From contig SVDS01000006.1 in assembly GCA_015057715.1 (NCBI GenBank), positions 7,140 through 71,139 of the forward strand: 64,000 bases of DNA, in the 5' to 3' direction. The notes under the pieces are model-generated. The model saw nothing but the letters and a program-made list of their open reading frames with translations, was not told the origin of the DNA and made no database searches. Of the stretch, positions 53,913-64,000 are shown piece by piece. This DNA comes from Paenibacillaceae bacterium (lineage in GTDB: Bacteria > Bacillota > Clostridia > Lachnospirales > Lachnospiraceae). The position numbers and the translations under genes are program-made. The stretch's first letter is position 1, and each line of letters begins with the position of its first letter.

Positions 53913-56900
53913 TTATGATTTCACCCATTCACCCTTTTCATTAACCCGGTATCCATCAGGCGTAACCGTATTTAAGAGGCATTCTCCTGACTGGTTTAAA
54001 TAATACCAGCTGTCATTTACCATAACCCAGCCAGTTGCCATGGAACCGTCCGCATTCATAAAATACCAGTTTTCTCCTGTCCATACCCAGTTTGTCTGCA
54101 TTCCTCCGTCGGTTGCCAGATAGTACCATTTTCCCTCTACCTGCTTCCAGCCGGTAGTCATATATCCGGTCTGCCCGAAGTAATACCAGACACCGTTGAC
54201 CTTTGCCCATTCCTCTTTGGGATAGGTGCCGTCTTTCTTCTTTAAACGCCATCCTTTCTCATCCTGCTTCCAGTCTCCTGTTACCTCTCCTGATCCGGTT
54301 GGCTTTCTGATACCATAATCCCTGTCCGAATCGGAATCACGATCAGAATAGGATGGGTTGGGAGCAGGGTCTGGTGTCGGCTCTGGTTCTGGTTCCGGTT
54401 CTGGTTCCGGCTCATCAATGCCAGGCAGCACTGCACCAGCCTTTGCATTTCGAATCACACTTCCTCTTTTCGGGCGCAGGAAATCTCCAAACATAATCTT
54501 GCCGTCAACCCTGTAGTAGCAGGCTGCCGGATCCAGTGAGAGGAAATTTTCTCCGCCTATGGCGTTTCCGGTTTCGGTATAAAGATAATTATTGCTGATC
54601 TCACTTGCTGCTATTTTATCTCCATAAATCGTTTTCAGCTTTGCACTATATTCATCGGTCCGGTAGGAAACATTATTATTAAATATTCCATCCGCAGTCA
54701 GATTGCCAGCCACATCTTTCTTATAAGGACTTGGGCGTAAAATATAATTAAATCTGACGTTATCAAAAGAAGTATTGTTTTCAACTCTAAGCTCACCTGG
54801 ATTAAAGTTATCTGTAATTCCATCCAGATTATTGTGGTAAGCAACGCTGTTGCGTAAGATATGAGGTACTTCTCTGCCCTCTCCTCCAAGCTTGAACCCA
54901 TTATTTCCGTTGTTATATGCCACACAGTTCTCAATAATGGTTCTTCCGTTTGGTCCGTCTGACAACGTATTATACAGATCCCAGCCGTCATCCGCATTAT
55001 CATGAGATACGCAGTTTACAAACCGGTTGTTTTCTCCGGATCCTGATTTTGAGGCGAAACCATCTGCATTAATCATAGATCCATCTTTGTTTTCATATGA
55101 CTCACAGTTTACAACCACATTATAAGACGGCCATAAGCTTCTGCTGCCTCTTGATTTTGTAATGGTCAGACCTGCATCACTGGATGTATTGTGAATCAGG
55201 GAATCCTTCATCAAATTATAGCTGCCGTGAATCATAACACCTCGGCTGTCTACTACATTACGCCCATCCACATCAAGTCCAATAACATTCCAGTAATCTG
55301 AATCTAAAACAAATATCTTTAAGTTTCCTGTTATCGTAACTTTCCCCACAGCAATCAGGTTCTTTCTGTTATTCTCATTTCCTGACGCAGTCAAAGGAAT
55401 CTGGAATGGCTGATAGATCCCCTCCTTCATGTAAATCGTTCCACCTGGTACAATTTTCTTTACTGCAGCCTCAATGGACATTGGATCAGCGGCTGTTCCC
55501 ACCCCACTTTCTGATCCTTCCGATGAAGCATAAAGATCTTTACCATAATCTTCTCTTTTTACCTGAAATGTCTTTACGATTTCCTTTCCGGAATCCAGCC
55601 CTTCGGATGGTACAAAGGTCAGTTTAAATTCTCCTCCGGACTCATTTAACACGGCTGGTACTTTAAACTGAGTGCCACCGGTTACTTCAGCTTTTGAAAC
55701 AATAACGCTTCCGTCCTGGCTTACTGTCATACTGCCAGACTGATTTGTCAGCGCCTGAACCATATAATCCTGGCTGTTTGAATATTCTCCGGAAGCCACA
55801 TAAAGAGATGCCCCTTCATCATCAGGTGCTACATATGCCGGTGATTCATCCGGTATTACCACATCCGTTAAATCAAGAATAATATTTTTAACCGTTATCC
55901 TGGCATTTCTGGAAGCAAAAAATCCAACACACATCAAATCCTCATCTAAATGGGATACAATATTGGGAGTCACATTTTTATCTTTAAAGGTATATGTATT
56001 GATTACTTTTCCATCCTTATCCAGATAAGTAGTGGTAAATCCTGCATCCGTCCGTTCCAGTTTCAGCTTAAGTTCCGTATTATAACTATTGGTTTTTCCT
56101 CCTGATTTGTCTGCTTTTCCAACAGATTTTGCAAAGGTCTCAGTGGTCTTTACAGACTTTAAGTTTCCTGCCGGGCTGTTTACACCATAACGGGCTGATG
56201 CAAGTAAATTTAAGTCTGCATTAAGAGATTTTCCGGCTGCACCTACCTGCAGCATGACCATATTGGAAGCGGCTGGATACTCTTCGTATCCTTCCTCCAG
56301 AGGATCCTTTCTGGGCGGTCCGTTCACATCCCTGACCATAAGTCCCGCACCTTCCTGCAGATTGGGCTTGGTACCATTCTCCGGTCCCATCTTTTCCACT
56401 GTGACATCTGCAGTAAGAGCAAAGTTTTTGCTGGTCGGCACTTCGGTATAATAAAATGTAATCCCGTCATGTCCTGCCTGAAGCTTTCCTCCCCGGGATT
56501 CAATTACAACATCCTGAGCCGGCTTTCCATCCATTCCCAGCGGAACATCGTTATTCACAGGCCAGGTATAATTAGTTCCAACCTTATCATCTAAGACACC
56601 AGATTTAAAGTTCAAATCTGTAGACTGCCCAAATGCCGAAGACTTCCAAAGAATTTCAGATCCAGTCATCCTGCGCTTTTGAACGAAACCAGACCCATCC
56701 CACATAACCTCAGGCCCGCTGTTTGTCCAGTGGAACGGTCCGCTGCCATCCTTTGCTCTCCACCAGGCATCTGCCGCTTCTACGCGGAATGTATGTGGCA
56801 GGGATAAATCCAGATTATTTACCGTATAAAATCCATCCTTTGTGGTATAGGTTCCATTGACATGATTAAAATAATCCCCCTCCGTCGTGTAGACCGGTTT

Positions 56901-59891
56901 CTCATCCACATAGACCCGGTATGCATAAATTCCCGACTCATCCTCTGGTGCCTTCCATGTCAGGAGCACCTTCTCACCTGTAACAGTCGCTTTAAGGGAA
57001 TCAGATTCCCATACTGGTGCTTTGTAATCGTAGTTCTTCATTGTCTTAACCGTTTTTTCCTTATATTCATAAGTCTGGCCTGAGTCACTGAATGCCTCAA
57101 CGGTTATTTCATTGCTTTCCTCCATCATTCTTCCAATAGTCATACTTATGTTACTGGCTTTCGGATCAGTAAGCTGATATTTATAAACCGTAGCTGCCAG
57201 CTCCCCGTCTGCGTATGCCCGGTATCCCCTGACTCTTGGATCCTTACTGGCTGCAAACTTAGCAGTCGCCCAGGTGTAACCCACTCCGCTGAATGTAACC
57301 TGACTGGATTCCGGTTCTTTTAACTCCGGATCCTCTCCCTCTGATGTGGTTACTTCATACGCCAGCTCTGGTGTCCTGTTTCCTGTCTGATCAACACCAT
57401 AAACCTTAAATAAGTAACAGGTATCCTGTGAAAGTCCCCCGATTTCACAGGATGTCCCGCTTACTGGTTTTGTTTTGTCAATTAATTCATCTTCCAGGTA
57501 TGTTTCCACGATATACCCGGCAATTTCTCCTTTACCTGCCACCTGATCCCCATCCTTGGCTGCAGGCCATTTTAATGTTACTTTTCGCTCAGATCCACTC
57601 TTGGTTGCTTCCGATGCACTGGCAAGCACGGCTGCGTCCTCTGGCCAGACGGGCTTTGACATTGCATCATAGGAATTTACTGACTGTGTAGTTGTACCAA
57701 TAAAATTCAAATCGCTGCAGGCGCTGATATTTGCCCATGCCTGATAGCTTTCTGCTGCTGCATCATCTGACCCTTTTTCGATATTCTTCCAGTTCATCAC
57801 CACATTATTAAAGGTAACATTGGAAGCACCTTGTAAGATTTCAGAGTTCTTTGCAAGCTTTGTGTCAATATTAGTAAATGTTATGTCCTTGAAATAAAGA
57901 TCATGATGGCTATGTACGGGTTTATGAGGCATCTGGTCATCCACATCTGCCACAATATCGATGGTGTTTTTTGTGATAGTATCCGCTGTGATGCGGAATG
58001 CATTAATGTTATAAAACTCTGCCGGTTTATCTGCCGGTTCCACAGTCATGGCCTGGTTCGCATCACTATAAGTCGTATTAAAGGTGAATACCTTTTGGGC
58101 ATCTCCCACCGCACAGTCGCGAATCAGTACATCATAGATTCCGCCCCCGTTTACAGGTGCACTCTTAAAACGGAACGGCATATCACTGTGATTTAAAACA
58201 TTGTCCTCCACAAGCATACTGCCAATGCCTGCTCCCGTATGGCTTCCTGCTGCTATTGCACCGCCATGGCATTCCCTCAGAAAATTGTTAAATGTCCAGA
58301 TTTCGCTTGATGGCTTCTGATCTGTATCCTGCACACCTTTCCCCATTCCGGTTGCAAAATTGATCCCGTCATCCCCGGTATCAAAAAAATTGTTAAAGAC
58401 CATAGCGTTCTGGGTATTGCCAAGCTCGATTCCATCCGCATTGTTTGCATCGTAAGTAATGTATTTTACGTTTTCAGATACCACATTTTCACTGTCAAGA
58501 ACTGCTATTGTATGAAATGCTGGATTTTCTGCTGTGATTCCCTCAATGTAAACGCCATTTACATTTCGAAGCACAATGAGATTAGGTCTGGTGGCATAAG
58601 CTGAGGTATTGCTAAGCCCATTGCTTTTGCCATTGTCAAAGGCACTTTTGGCAAGAATTCCAAGGTTCATGTCATTGTAATTCTTATCTTTTCTTCCCAC
58701 AAAACCTTTTAAGGCATATTGGGAAAATTCCCCGTTTGTCCAGTCCGGATCTCCGCTCTGCCTTGGCTGAATGGCAGGAAGATATCCGTTTCCGTCTGTA
58801 GCAGGAACCGTTCCCGAACCATATTTCCAACCATTTCCATAAATCGTACCCTTCCCCACGATCCGGATATTCTCAAATCCGCCTTCCTCATCTGCACTAT
58901 AGGTGTTGATCAGTGCCCAGGACCTTGTATCTGTGGAATAGGGATAAAGCAGATAATTCTGATCATAATGATCTACATTTGGTGATCCAAACAGCACTGC
59001 CCCTTCAGAAAGCTCAAGAGTCATGTTGCTCTTTAAATATAAGGCTCCAGTCATAAAAATCCCCTCTGGAACTACAACCTTTCCCCCTTCCGAACAGGCA
59101 TCAATGGCATCCTGGATTGCCTTAGTATTGGCTACTGTAAACGCATTCTTCTCCTCATCAATGGAGGTAAACCCTTCTTCTGACCGCTTTGCACCATAAT
59201 CCGTAATGTCAAACAATTCAGGTTTGCTGGTTGTTGACCAGGAGATACCTGCGCGGCTGCCAAGTTCCTCTCCTGCTGCATCCACTGCCACCACAGAAAA
59301 GTTATAATCCGTATCCGGTTTCAGTCCGTCTGCACGAAATGAATGAATATCTACGTTTACCATATCGATGTTTTTTTCCTGGTAATAATCGTAAAATGCT
59401 TTCATGTAAACAGATGCCCAGTCTGCATGACTGGCAAAATTACTTCTTGCATCACCAAGTTTCACATCATTTAAGTATACGTAGTAGTTGGCAACGTCCG
59501 CATAATTCTCCGGCTTGTCCCATACCAGAGTAATTGATGTGTCGTCATAAGCCAGTGTGGGAACTCTTAAGTTGGTCACGTCGCTGCTCCCCTCTGACGC
59601 GCTGTAATGTTTTACATCTGCTAGTGTCAGGCTTGCATTGGATGGGGAAGCGGTTTCAACAGACAGTGAAACTTCGGCATTGGAAGGTGTGGCAGTTAAC
59701 ACTTCCAGATCCTTAGTTTCAAAAAAATCTGATACCGCCGCTTCTGACGGTGTGGCATAATCTCTTTCCTCCATTTCCTTTAAGAGTTCTGCATGTGCCA
59801 GACCGCCGCCCGGCACTCCCCACTGCGGCAGCATGACAACAGCTAAAAGCAAAGCCACACCCCTCCTGCATTGTTTTCCCAAAGCATTCAT
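53913..59891 (-). CDS. Giant secreted multidomain pectinase: signal peptide, Fn3 repeats, GH28-like polygalacturonase beta-helix, lectin-like domain, second PL9-like beta-helix, (EP)n linker and C-terminal cell-wall-binding repeats
   Basis: 1992 aa. Signal-like N-terminus. GH28 blocks NADGIE, GDDGINF, CHGGAIAAGS, FRFKS. Second helix NADGFASKSG...SHDNADDGWDLY...GNNGFKLGGEG. Linker EPEPEPEPEPEPTPDP. Repeats GWKQVEGKWYYL.../GWVMVNDSWYYLN (CW_binding_1 type). Confidence 0.85.
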   Translation of the reverse strand: MNALGKQCRRGVALLLAVVMLPQWGVPGGGLAHAELLKEMEERDYATPSEAAVSDFFETKDLEVLTATPSNAEVSLSVETASPSNASLTLADVKHYSASEGSSDVTNLRVPTLAYDDTSITLVWDKPENYADVANYYVYLNDVKLGDARSNFASHADWASVYMKAFYDYYQEKNIDMVNVDIHSFRADGLKPDTDYNFSVVAVDAAGEELGSRAGISWSTTSKPELFDITDYGAKRSEEGFTSIDEEKNAFTVANTKAIQDAIDACSEGGKVVVPEGIFMTGALYLKSNMTLELSEGAVLFGSPNVDHYDQNYLLYPYSTDTRSWALINTYSADEEGGFENIRIVGKGTIYGNGWKYGSGTVPATDGNGYLPAIQPRQSGDPDWTNGEFSQYALKGFVGRKDKNYNDMNLGILAKSAFDNGKSNGLSNTSAYATRPNLIVLRNVNGVYIEGITAENPAFHTIAVLDSENVVSENVKYITYDANNADGIELGNTQNAMVFNNFFDTGDDGINFATGMGKGVQDTDQKPSSEIWTFNNFLRECHGGAIAAGSHTGAGIGSMLVEDNVLNHSDMPFRFKSAPVNGGGIYDVLIRDCAVGDAQKVFTFNTTYSDANQAMTVEPADKPAEFYNINAFRITADTITKNTIDIVADVDDQMPHKPVHSHHDLYFKDITFTNIDTKLAKNSEILQGASNVTFNNVVMNWKNIEKGSDDAAAESYQAWANISACSDLNFIGTTTQSVNSYDAMSKPVWPEDAAVLASASEATKSGSERKVTLKWPAAKDGDQVAGKGEIAGYIVETYLEDELIDKTKPVSGTSCEIGGLSQDTCYLFKVYGVDQTGNRTPELAYEVTTSEGEDPELKEPESSQVTFSGVGYTWATAKFAASKDPRVRGYRAYADGELAATVYKYQLTDPKASNISMTIGRMMEESNEITVEAFSDSGQTYEYKEKTVKTMKNYDYKAPVWESDSLKATVTGEKVLLTWKAPEDESGIYAYRVYVDEKPVYTTEGDYFNHVNGTYTTKDGFYTVNNLDLSLPHTFRVEAADAWWRAKDGSGPFHWTNSGPEVMWDGSGFVQKRRMTGSEILWKSSAFGQSTDLNFKSGVLDDKVGTNYTWPVNNDVPLGMDGKPAQDVVIESRGGKLQAGHDGITFYYTEVPTSKNFALTADVTVEKMGPENGTKPNLQEGAGLMVRDVNGPPRKDPLEEGYEEYPAASNMVMLQVGAAGKSLNADLNLLASARYGVNSPAGNLKSVKTTETFAKSVGKADKSGGKTNSYNTELKLKLERTDAGFTTTYLDKDGKVINTYTFKDKNVTPNIVSHLDEDLMCVGFFASRNARITVKNIILDLTDVVIPDESPAYVAPDDEGASLYVASGEYSNSQDYMVQALTNQSGSMTVSQDGSVIVSKAEVTGGTQFKVPAVLNESGGEFKLTFVPSEGLDSGKEIVKTFQVKREDYGKDLYASSEGSESGVGTAADPMSIEAAVKKIVPGGTIYMKEGIYQPFQIPLTASGNENNRKNLIAVGKVTITGNLKIFVLDSDYWNVIGLDVDGRNVVDSRGVMIHGSYNLMKDSLIHNTSSDAGLTITKSRGSRSLWPSYNVVVNCESYENKDGSMINADGFASKSGSGENNRFVNCVSHDNADDGWDLYNTLSDGPNGRTIIENCVAYNNGNNGFKLGGEGREVPHILRNSVAYHNNLDGITDNFNPGELRVENNTSFDNVRFNYILRPSPYKKDVAGNLTADGIFNNNVSYRTDEYSAKLKTIYGDKIAASEISNNYLYTETGNAIGGENFLSLDPAACYYRVDGKIMFGDFLRPKRGSVIRNAKAGAVLPGIDEPEPEPEPEPEPTPDPAPNPSYSDRDSDSDRDYGIRKPTGSGEVTGDWKQDEKGWRLKKKDGTYPKEEWAKVNGVWYYFGQTGYMTTGWKQVEGKWYYLATDGGMQTNWVWTGENWYFMNADGSMATGWVMVNDSWYYLNQSGECLLNTVTPDGYRVNEKGEWVKS
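54381..54413 (-). repeat. Hexanucleotide (GGTTCY)n microsatellite encoding the (Glu-Pro)n linker
   Basis: ctctggttctggttccggttctggttccggctc, in-frame inside the giant ORF. Confidence 0.7.
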
Positions 59892-60248
59892 ACTTATTTC
59901 CTCCCATTTTGTAGTGTAAGCGCTTACAGCAGAATTTTACAACTCTCTTACAAATTAATCAAGCTTGCTTATGCACTTTTGGTAAATAATTACAATATTT
60001 TTATGTGTTAACACCAATTTTTTCCAAATAATACTTTTATTATTTGTTATTTTTATACATATTTCCACATGTGTTTTTATTGGTTTTTTTGTTAACTCAA
60101 GTCGGTTAAGCACTTACATTTTTCGACATTTTTCATCTGCAGAACATGTTTGATCTTCCAAGCTAAATAATCTTTAAGGAGAACTATAAGTCCCGTTTAA
60201 GATTAAACCTCTATCATAAACCTGACACCATATAAAAGGAGGCAGATT

Positions 60249-60797
60249 ATGATTGAGGAAATTCTGAAATACAATGACATCTTTGTAAACAGCGGTTTCT
60301 ATAAACGCTTTAATACCAACAAATATCCCCGAAAAAGGCTTGCCATATTAACCTGTATGGATACAAGGCTGGTAGAGCTTCTTCCAGCAGCTCTGGGCAT
60401 TCATAACGGAGACGTGAAATTAATTAAAAACGCCGGCGGAATGATCTTAGACCCTTGTGACAGTACAATCCGGAGCCTGCTGATTGCCATACTGGATTTT
60501 GGTGTGGAAGAGATCATGGTAATTGGCCATACTGACTGCGGGGCCGCATCTGTCAGTTCAGAATCCATTATTACCCGTTTAGTGCAGCGGGGTATTACAA
60601 GAGAAACAATACAAAGTCAAAGAGAAATGGGGTTTGATTTTGAAAACCTGTTTCAGGGATTTGAGGATACAAAAACTTCTGTCAAGCGCTCTGTTTCTCT
60701 GTTAAAAGAGCATCCACTTATGCCTTCGGGTGTTATCATAAAAGGCTTTGTTATGGATATTTCCTGCGGCAGGCTGGATCCTGTCAGCGCCTCATAA
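60249..60797 (+). CDS. Beta-class carbonic anhydrase (YtiB-like)
   Basis: 182 aa. Zn-ligand blocks CMDTRL and GHTDCG. RBS AAAGGAGG. Confidence 0.8.
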   Translation: MIEEILKYNDIFVNSGFYKRFNTNKYPRKRLAILTCMDTRLVELLPAALGIHNGDVKLIKNAGGMILDPCDSTIRSLLIAILDFGVEEIMVIGHTDCGAASVSSESIITRLVQRGITRETIQSQREMGFDFENLFQGFEDTKTSVKRSVSLLKEHPLMPSGVIIKGFVMDISCGRLDPVSAS

Positions 60798-60916
60798 AAT
60801 TAAAAATGCGTTCTGGGAAGCTTAAGTAAATCAGCTTTCCAAAACGCATTTTTTAATGTAGCAATATATAACGGGGCCGCAATTTGCAGCCCCGCTATTC
60901 TTAGGAGATAACTTAA

Positions 60917-62254
60917 TTAAAATGTAATGACGCGAAGCACAATACCGGCAACCAGACATACAAGGCTGACGCCCCAGATCCAAAGGAACGAATTCTTTAT
61001 ATGGTCTTTGATTTCAACACCAGCAAGGCCGACACCAAGGAACGTTGCCGGAACTACCGGGCTGATGAAGGTTGCACAGTTACGGCATACTACCATGGCA
61101 ATTGCCGTATGAACAGGATCTACGCCAAAGCTGTTTCCTACACTGATCAGAACAGGAAGCAGTCCGTAGAAATAAGAATCCGTACAGAACAGCATCGTCA
61201 GCGGTACAGATAAAACGCCGATAATCAGAGGCATAAAATGTCCCATAGACTGTGGAATAAATGAAGCAAGAATATTAGCCATATGGTTCATGATTTCACT
61301 CTGCTCCAGCACACCTAAAAATACACCGGCTGCAAGAATAGTAGAAGCCATCATAAGAGCAGGACCGGAATGAGATTTAATAATCTTATTCTGAAGTTTC
61401 GCTCCTGGATAGTTAACCAGAAGGGCAATTACACAGCCTACCATGAAAGTTAAGTAAGATGGAACCTTTAAAAATACAAGGCAATAGATGACAAGCAGGG
61501 TAAGACCTATGTTAAAGAATAAAAGCTTTGGTCTGGCAAGATCACCCAGTTCACTGGTAGAAGCACTTTCTTCCAGCATATCATAATCTTCCATTTCCAG
61601 AGTGCTGTCAATTCCTGCACCACGTTTTTTCTCCATCATTCCCCAGAAGAAAGCGGTAAATAACGCAATTACAATACCAACTGCCTGCATGGGAAGAATT
61701 CTCATCCAGAGTACATTGGCTTCAATTCCAAGAACAGAAGCAGCACGCATGGTAGGACCGCCCCATGGAAGTAAATTCATAACACCCATAGCTGTTACGC
61801 AGATTAAAAGCAGCGTAGTAGGACGCATTTTCAGCTTTTTATAAATCGGAAGCATTGCCGGTATGGTAATCAGGAATGTGGAAGCCCCACCTCCGTCCAG
61901 ATGACCGATTATGGCAATAATACAGGTCATAAATGCAACTCCAACTACATTGTGCCCCACTTTTTTCATTAACGCATTGATGATGCTGTCAAACATTCCC
62001 GCATCCGTCATAATTCCGAAAAATAATACGGAAAATATGAACAATGCAGCTGTGGAATGCACATCAGCAACCCCCGCCTTAATGAAATCCCCAACTTCTT
62101 TGACTGTAAATGTTCCTGTTAATACCAGTATCAGCGCGCTGACACAGGATACTCCGATGAATGCCAGAGCTGGAACAGTAACATTTCTCAACAGTAAAAC
62201 AATGATCATGATAATGGTTGCAAATCCCAATAATGCAAGCATTGTCTCATTCAT
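60917..62254 (-). CDS. CitMHS-family citrate (metal-citrate):H+ symporter
   Basis: 445 aa. Collinear from memory with B. subtilis CitM (LALLGF..., FGIM.D.G.FD, LDGGGASTF, PWGGPTMRAAS). Confidence 0.75.
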   Translation of the reverse strand: MNETMLALLGFATIIMIIVLLLRNVTVPALAFIGVSCVSALILVLTGTFTVKEVGDFIKAGVADVHSTAALFIFSVLFFGIMTDAGMFDSIINALMKKVGHNVVGVAFMTCIIAIIGHLDGGGASTFLITIPAMLPIYKKLKMRPTTLLLICVTAMGVMNLLPWGGPTMRAASVLGIEANVLWMRILPMQAVGIVIALFTAFFWGMMEKKRGAGIDSTLEMEDYDMLEESASTSELGDLARPKLLFFNIGLTLLVIYCLVFLKVPSYLTFMVGCVIALLVNYPGAKLQNKIIKSHSGPALMMASTILAAGVFLGVLEQSEIMNHMANILASFIPQSMGHFMPLIIGVLSVPLTMLFCTDSYFYGLLPVLISVGNSFGVDPVHTAIAMVVCRNCATFISPVVPATFLGVGLAGVEIKDHIKNSFLWIWGVSLVCLVAGIVLRVITF

Positions 62255-62378
62255 GTTTTTCTTCCTCCTCTATAATTTGTTATAGAGAGAGTATAAAAGT
62301 CCAACCTTACAGCCTCACATCTTCTCCCTTTCATTTCTTTAAGAGAAAAATTAAAAGTTGTTAAGATTGGACTTTCAA

Positions 62379-64000
62379 TTAAAATATATCTTTTAAATTC
62401 ATGACTGCTTTTAAAATTGCAGAGTCTGAGACCGGCTTATCAATGTATTCATCTATCATTCTGCGTTTCTTTGCTTCCACAAGCTCTTTTGTCACACGAT
62501 CGGCCATAACAATGCGAATTACCCCGGGATAGGGACCCTGTAAGGACATACAAAAATCCACCCCGCTTTTCCCTCTCACATACTGTTCCGTTACAACAGC
62601 AGCCACTTCCTGTTCTTTTAATATTTTTCTCGCCTCTTCAAAATCCATACAGGAAGTAAGCGGAACATCCAGCCTGCTAAAGCTTTTTTCTAAAAGACGT
62701 AATACTTTGGGATTATCATCTACAATCAAAATACGCAGAACCGGTCCTCCATCCACAAGTTTAATCTCCTCTTCCCGCTCCTTCTGCTCATTAACCGGAA
62801 GGTACATATGAAAGATGCTTCCTTTACCCAGAGTGCTTTCAGCAAATACATAGCCTTTATGAGAATGAATAATCTGCTCCACCAGGGAAAGACCAAGACC
62901 TGTCCCTTTTCCATTTTTCTTAGTAGTAAAAAACGGATCAAATATTTGCTTCAGCACCTCATCGCTCATTCCCTCCCCATCGTCTTCCACATCAATCCGG
63001 ATATAATGATCCCACCCCTCCGGCAGTGTGGAGAGCTTGTGTTGGGCCAGATCCTCCCGATCCACCGTCTGGCATGATACACAAATGGTCCCTTCTCTGT
63101 GTCCGATGGCATGAATGGCGTTAACACAGATGTTTAATATCACCTGATTCATCTGTGTTTCATTCCCCAGGAAACATTCTTCCTGCATGGTAAATGATTC
63201 TTTAAGATGTATATTGGGAGGGCAGACAGAACTAACCATCTTAATTGCCCGTTTTAACACCTTTTCACCCTGAAGATTTTTAAAAGCTGTCTCCATATTC
63301 TTTCTGCTTAATGATGAGATCTGCTGGATTATTTCCTTTGCTTTTGTGGAAGCCTCATAGATTTCCGTAGCATTGTCATGATTCTCTGACTGTTCGGGCA
63401 GATCCAGCATCAGAAGCTCTGCATAACCCATGATGGGAGTCAGAAGGTTGTTAAATTCATGGGCAATTCCTCCAGTCATGGTTCCCATAATCTGAAGCCT
63501 CTGCTGATGAGCAATGGTTTCCTCACTCTGATGAATCTCTTCCAGTATTTTATTGAGTTCCAAAAGGTATGTAATCTGTTCCGTATCCTTTCGTTTTTGA
63601 ACCCTTAAATCTCCGATATAAATCACCAGACCCAGAACAATTGCCATTGCACAGAAAAACACAAGTCCCAGCTTAAAGAATCCGGCTGCTACAGGGATGT
63701 AGATATCATTGTAATCGATGACCGCACTGATGACCAGAAATCCATCTCCGATCTGTACCGGTGAATAGGCGCTGATCTTCTTTACCTCCGGAACACCCGG
63801 ATCAACCCACCAGTAAGAAAAATACTCCGAAACACCTTCTTCTCCACGGTTCTGTTTGTCGATCATTTGCTTTAAACTGGTTAAATCTACGCCTGGGAAC
63901 ATCTCTTTTCTCCCGGAAATTACATTAATTCCCCACTGCTGCTCCTGGGGGTGGGCCAGTATAATACCAGAAGAATCTTTTATGACAACATATCCATTTG
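62379..64000 (-). CDS. Hybrid sensor histidine kinase (Cache-like sensor, TM, HisKA/HATPase, C-terminal receiver-like domain); 5' end outside the window
   Basis: The frame stays open upstream of the first Met (63902) to the window edge (...NGYVVIKDSSGIILAHPQEQQWG... is dCache-like). H-box GGIAHEFNNLLTPIMGY, G-box GTGLGLSL, receiver ILIVDDN...KP. Confidence 0.85.
   Translation of the reverse strand, partial: NGYVVIKDSSGIILAHPQEQQWGINVISGRKEMFPGVDLTSLKQMIDKQNRGEEGVSEYFSYWWVDPGVPEVKKISAYSPVQIGDGFLVISAVIDYNDIYIPVAAGFFKLGLVFFCAMAIVLGLVIYIGDLRVQKRKDTEQITYLLELNKILEEIHQSEETIAHQQRLQIMGTMTGGIAHEFNNLLTPIMGYAELLMLDLPEQSENHDNATEIYEASTKAKEIIQQISSLSRKNMETAFKNLQGEKVLKRAIKMVSSVCPPNIHLKESFTMQEECFLGNETQMNQVILNICVNAIHAIGHREGTICVSCQTVDREDLAQHKLSTLPEGWDHYIRIDVEDDGEGMSDEVLKQIFDPFFTTKKNGKGTGLGLSLVEQIIHSHKGYVFAESTLGKGSIFHMYLPVNEQKEREEEIKLVDGGPVLRILIVDDNPKVLRLLEKSFSRLDVPLTSCMDFEEARKILKEQEVAAVVTEQYVRGKSGVDFCMSLQGPYPGVIRIVMADRVTKELVEAKKRRMIDEYIDKPVSDSAILKAVMNLKDIF

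Noticed and set aside
54381-54413. Short tandem repeat as a possible CRISPR or contingency locus.
   Set aside because: It is a 6-nt in-frame microsatellite encoding the Glu-Pro linker inside a long ORF. It has no spacers and no cas genes.

Overview
This is a Clostridia-like chromosomal window, probably Lachnospiraceae; that placement is inferred from gene content only. Nearly all genes lie on the minus strand, and I saw no rRNA, tRNA or CRISPR array.

- **1-2.1 kb:** The right end of an integrated element carries a large serine recombinase. The element has split feoB, leaving only 47 FeoB-like codons after feoA.
- **2.2-14.7 kb:** Core genes: a DtxR-type regulator, icd, a LysR regulator, a T-box-controlled aspS-gatCAB-aminotransferase operon, a MarR-MFS pair and a Mn riboswitch with mntP.
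- **14.8-29.1 kb:** A rhamnogalacturonan-type utilisation locus. It encodes a CE4 deacetylase, GH105, a PL11-CE12 fusion, an 875-aa unknown protein, an LplABC-type importer, a YesS-like AraC sensor and a DUF1961 protein.
- **29.3-35.1 kb:** An HD-GYP protein, T-box tyrS, aroD and a membrane-anchored FAD/FMN_bind reductase.
- **35.2-45.3 kb:** This is the best candidate for an undescribed system. It is a sharply AT-rich island with no mobility gene. It encodes an ABC exporter, a 65-aa Cys-rich peptide gene whose real start the ORF track misses, and a radical SAM/SPASM maturase. It also has two paralogous VanRS-like two-component systems bracketing an ABC-2 transporter. Together these look like a RiPP-type peptide with its own export, immunity-like and sensing modules.
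- **45.5-64 kb:** A cluster of two Gfo/Idh/MocA oxidoreductases, two xylose-isomerase-like TIM barrels, a GPH symporter and an AraC regulator, of the oxidative glycoside-cleavage type. It is followed by a GGDEF protein, a 1992-aa wall-anchored GH28 + PL9-like pectinase, a beta-carbonic anhydrase, a CitMHS transporter and a hybrid histidine kinase that runs off the right edge.

All family calls come from reading motifs by eye. No database search was run.
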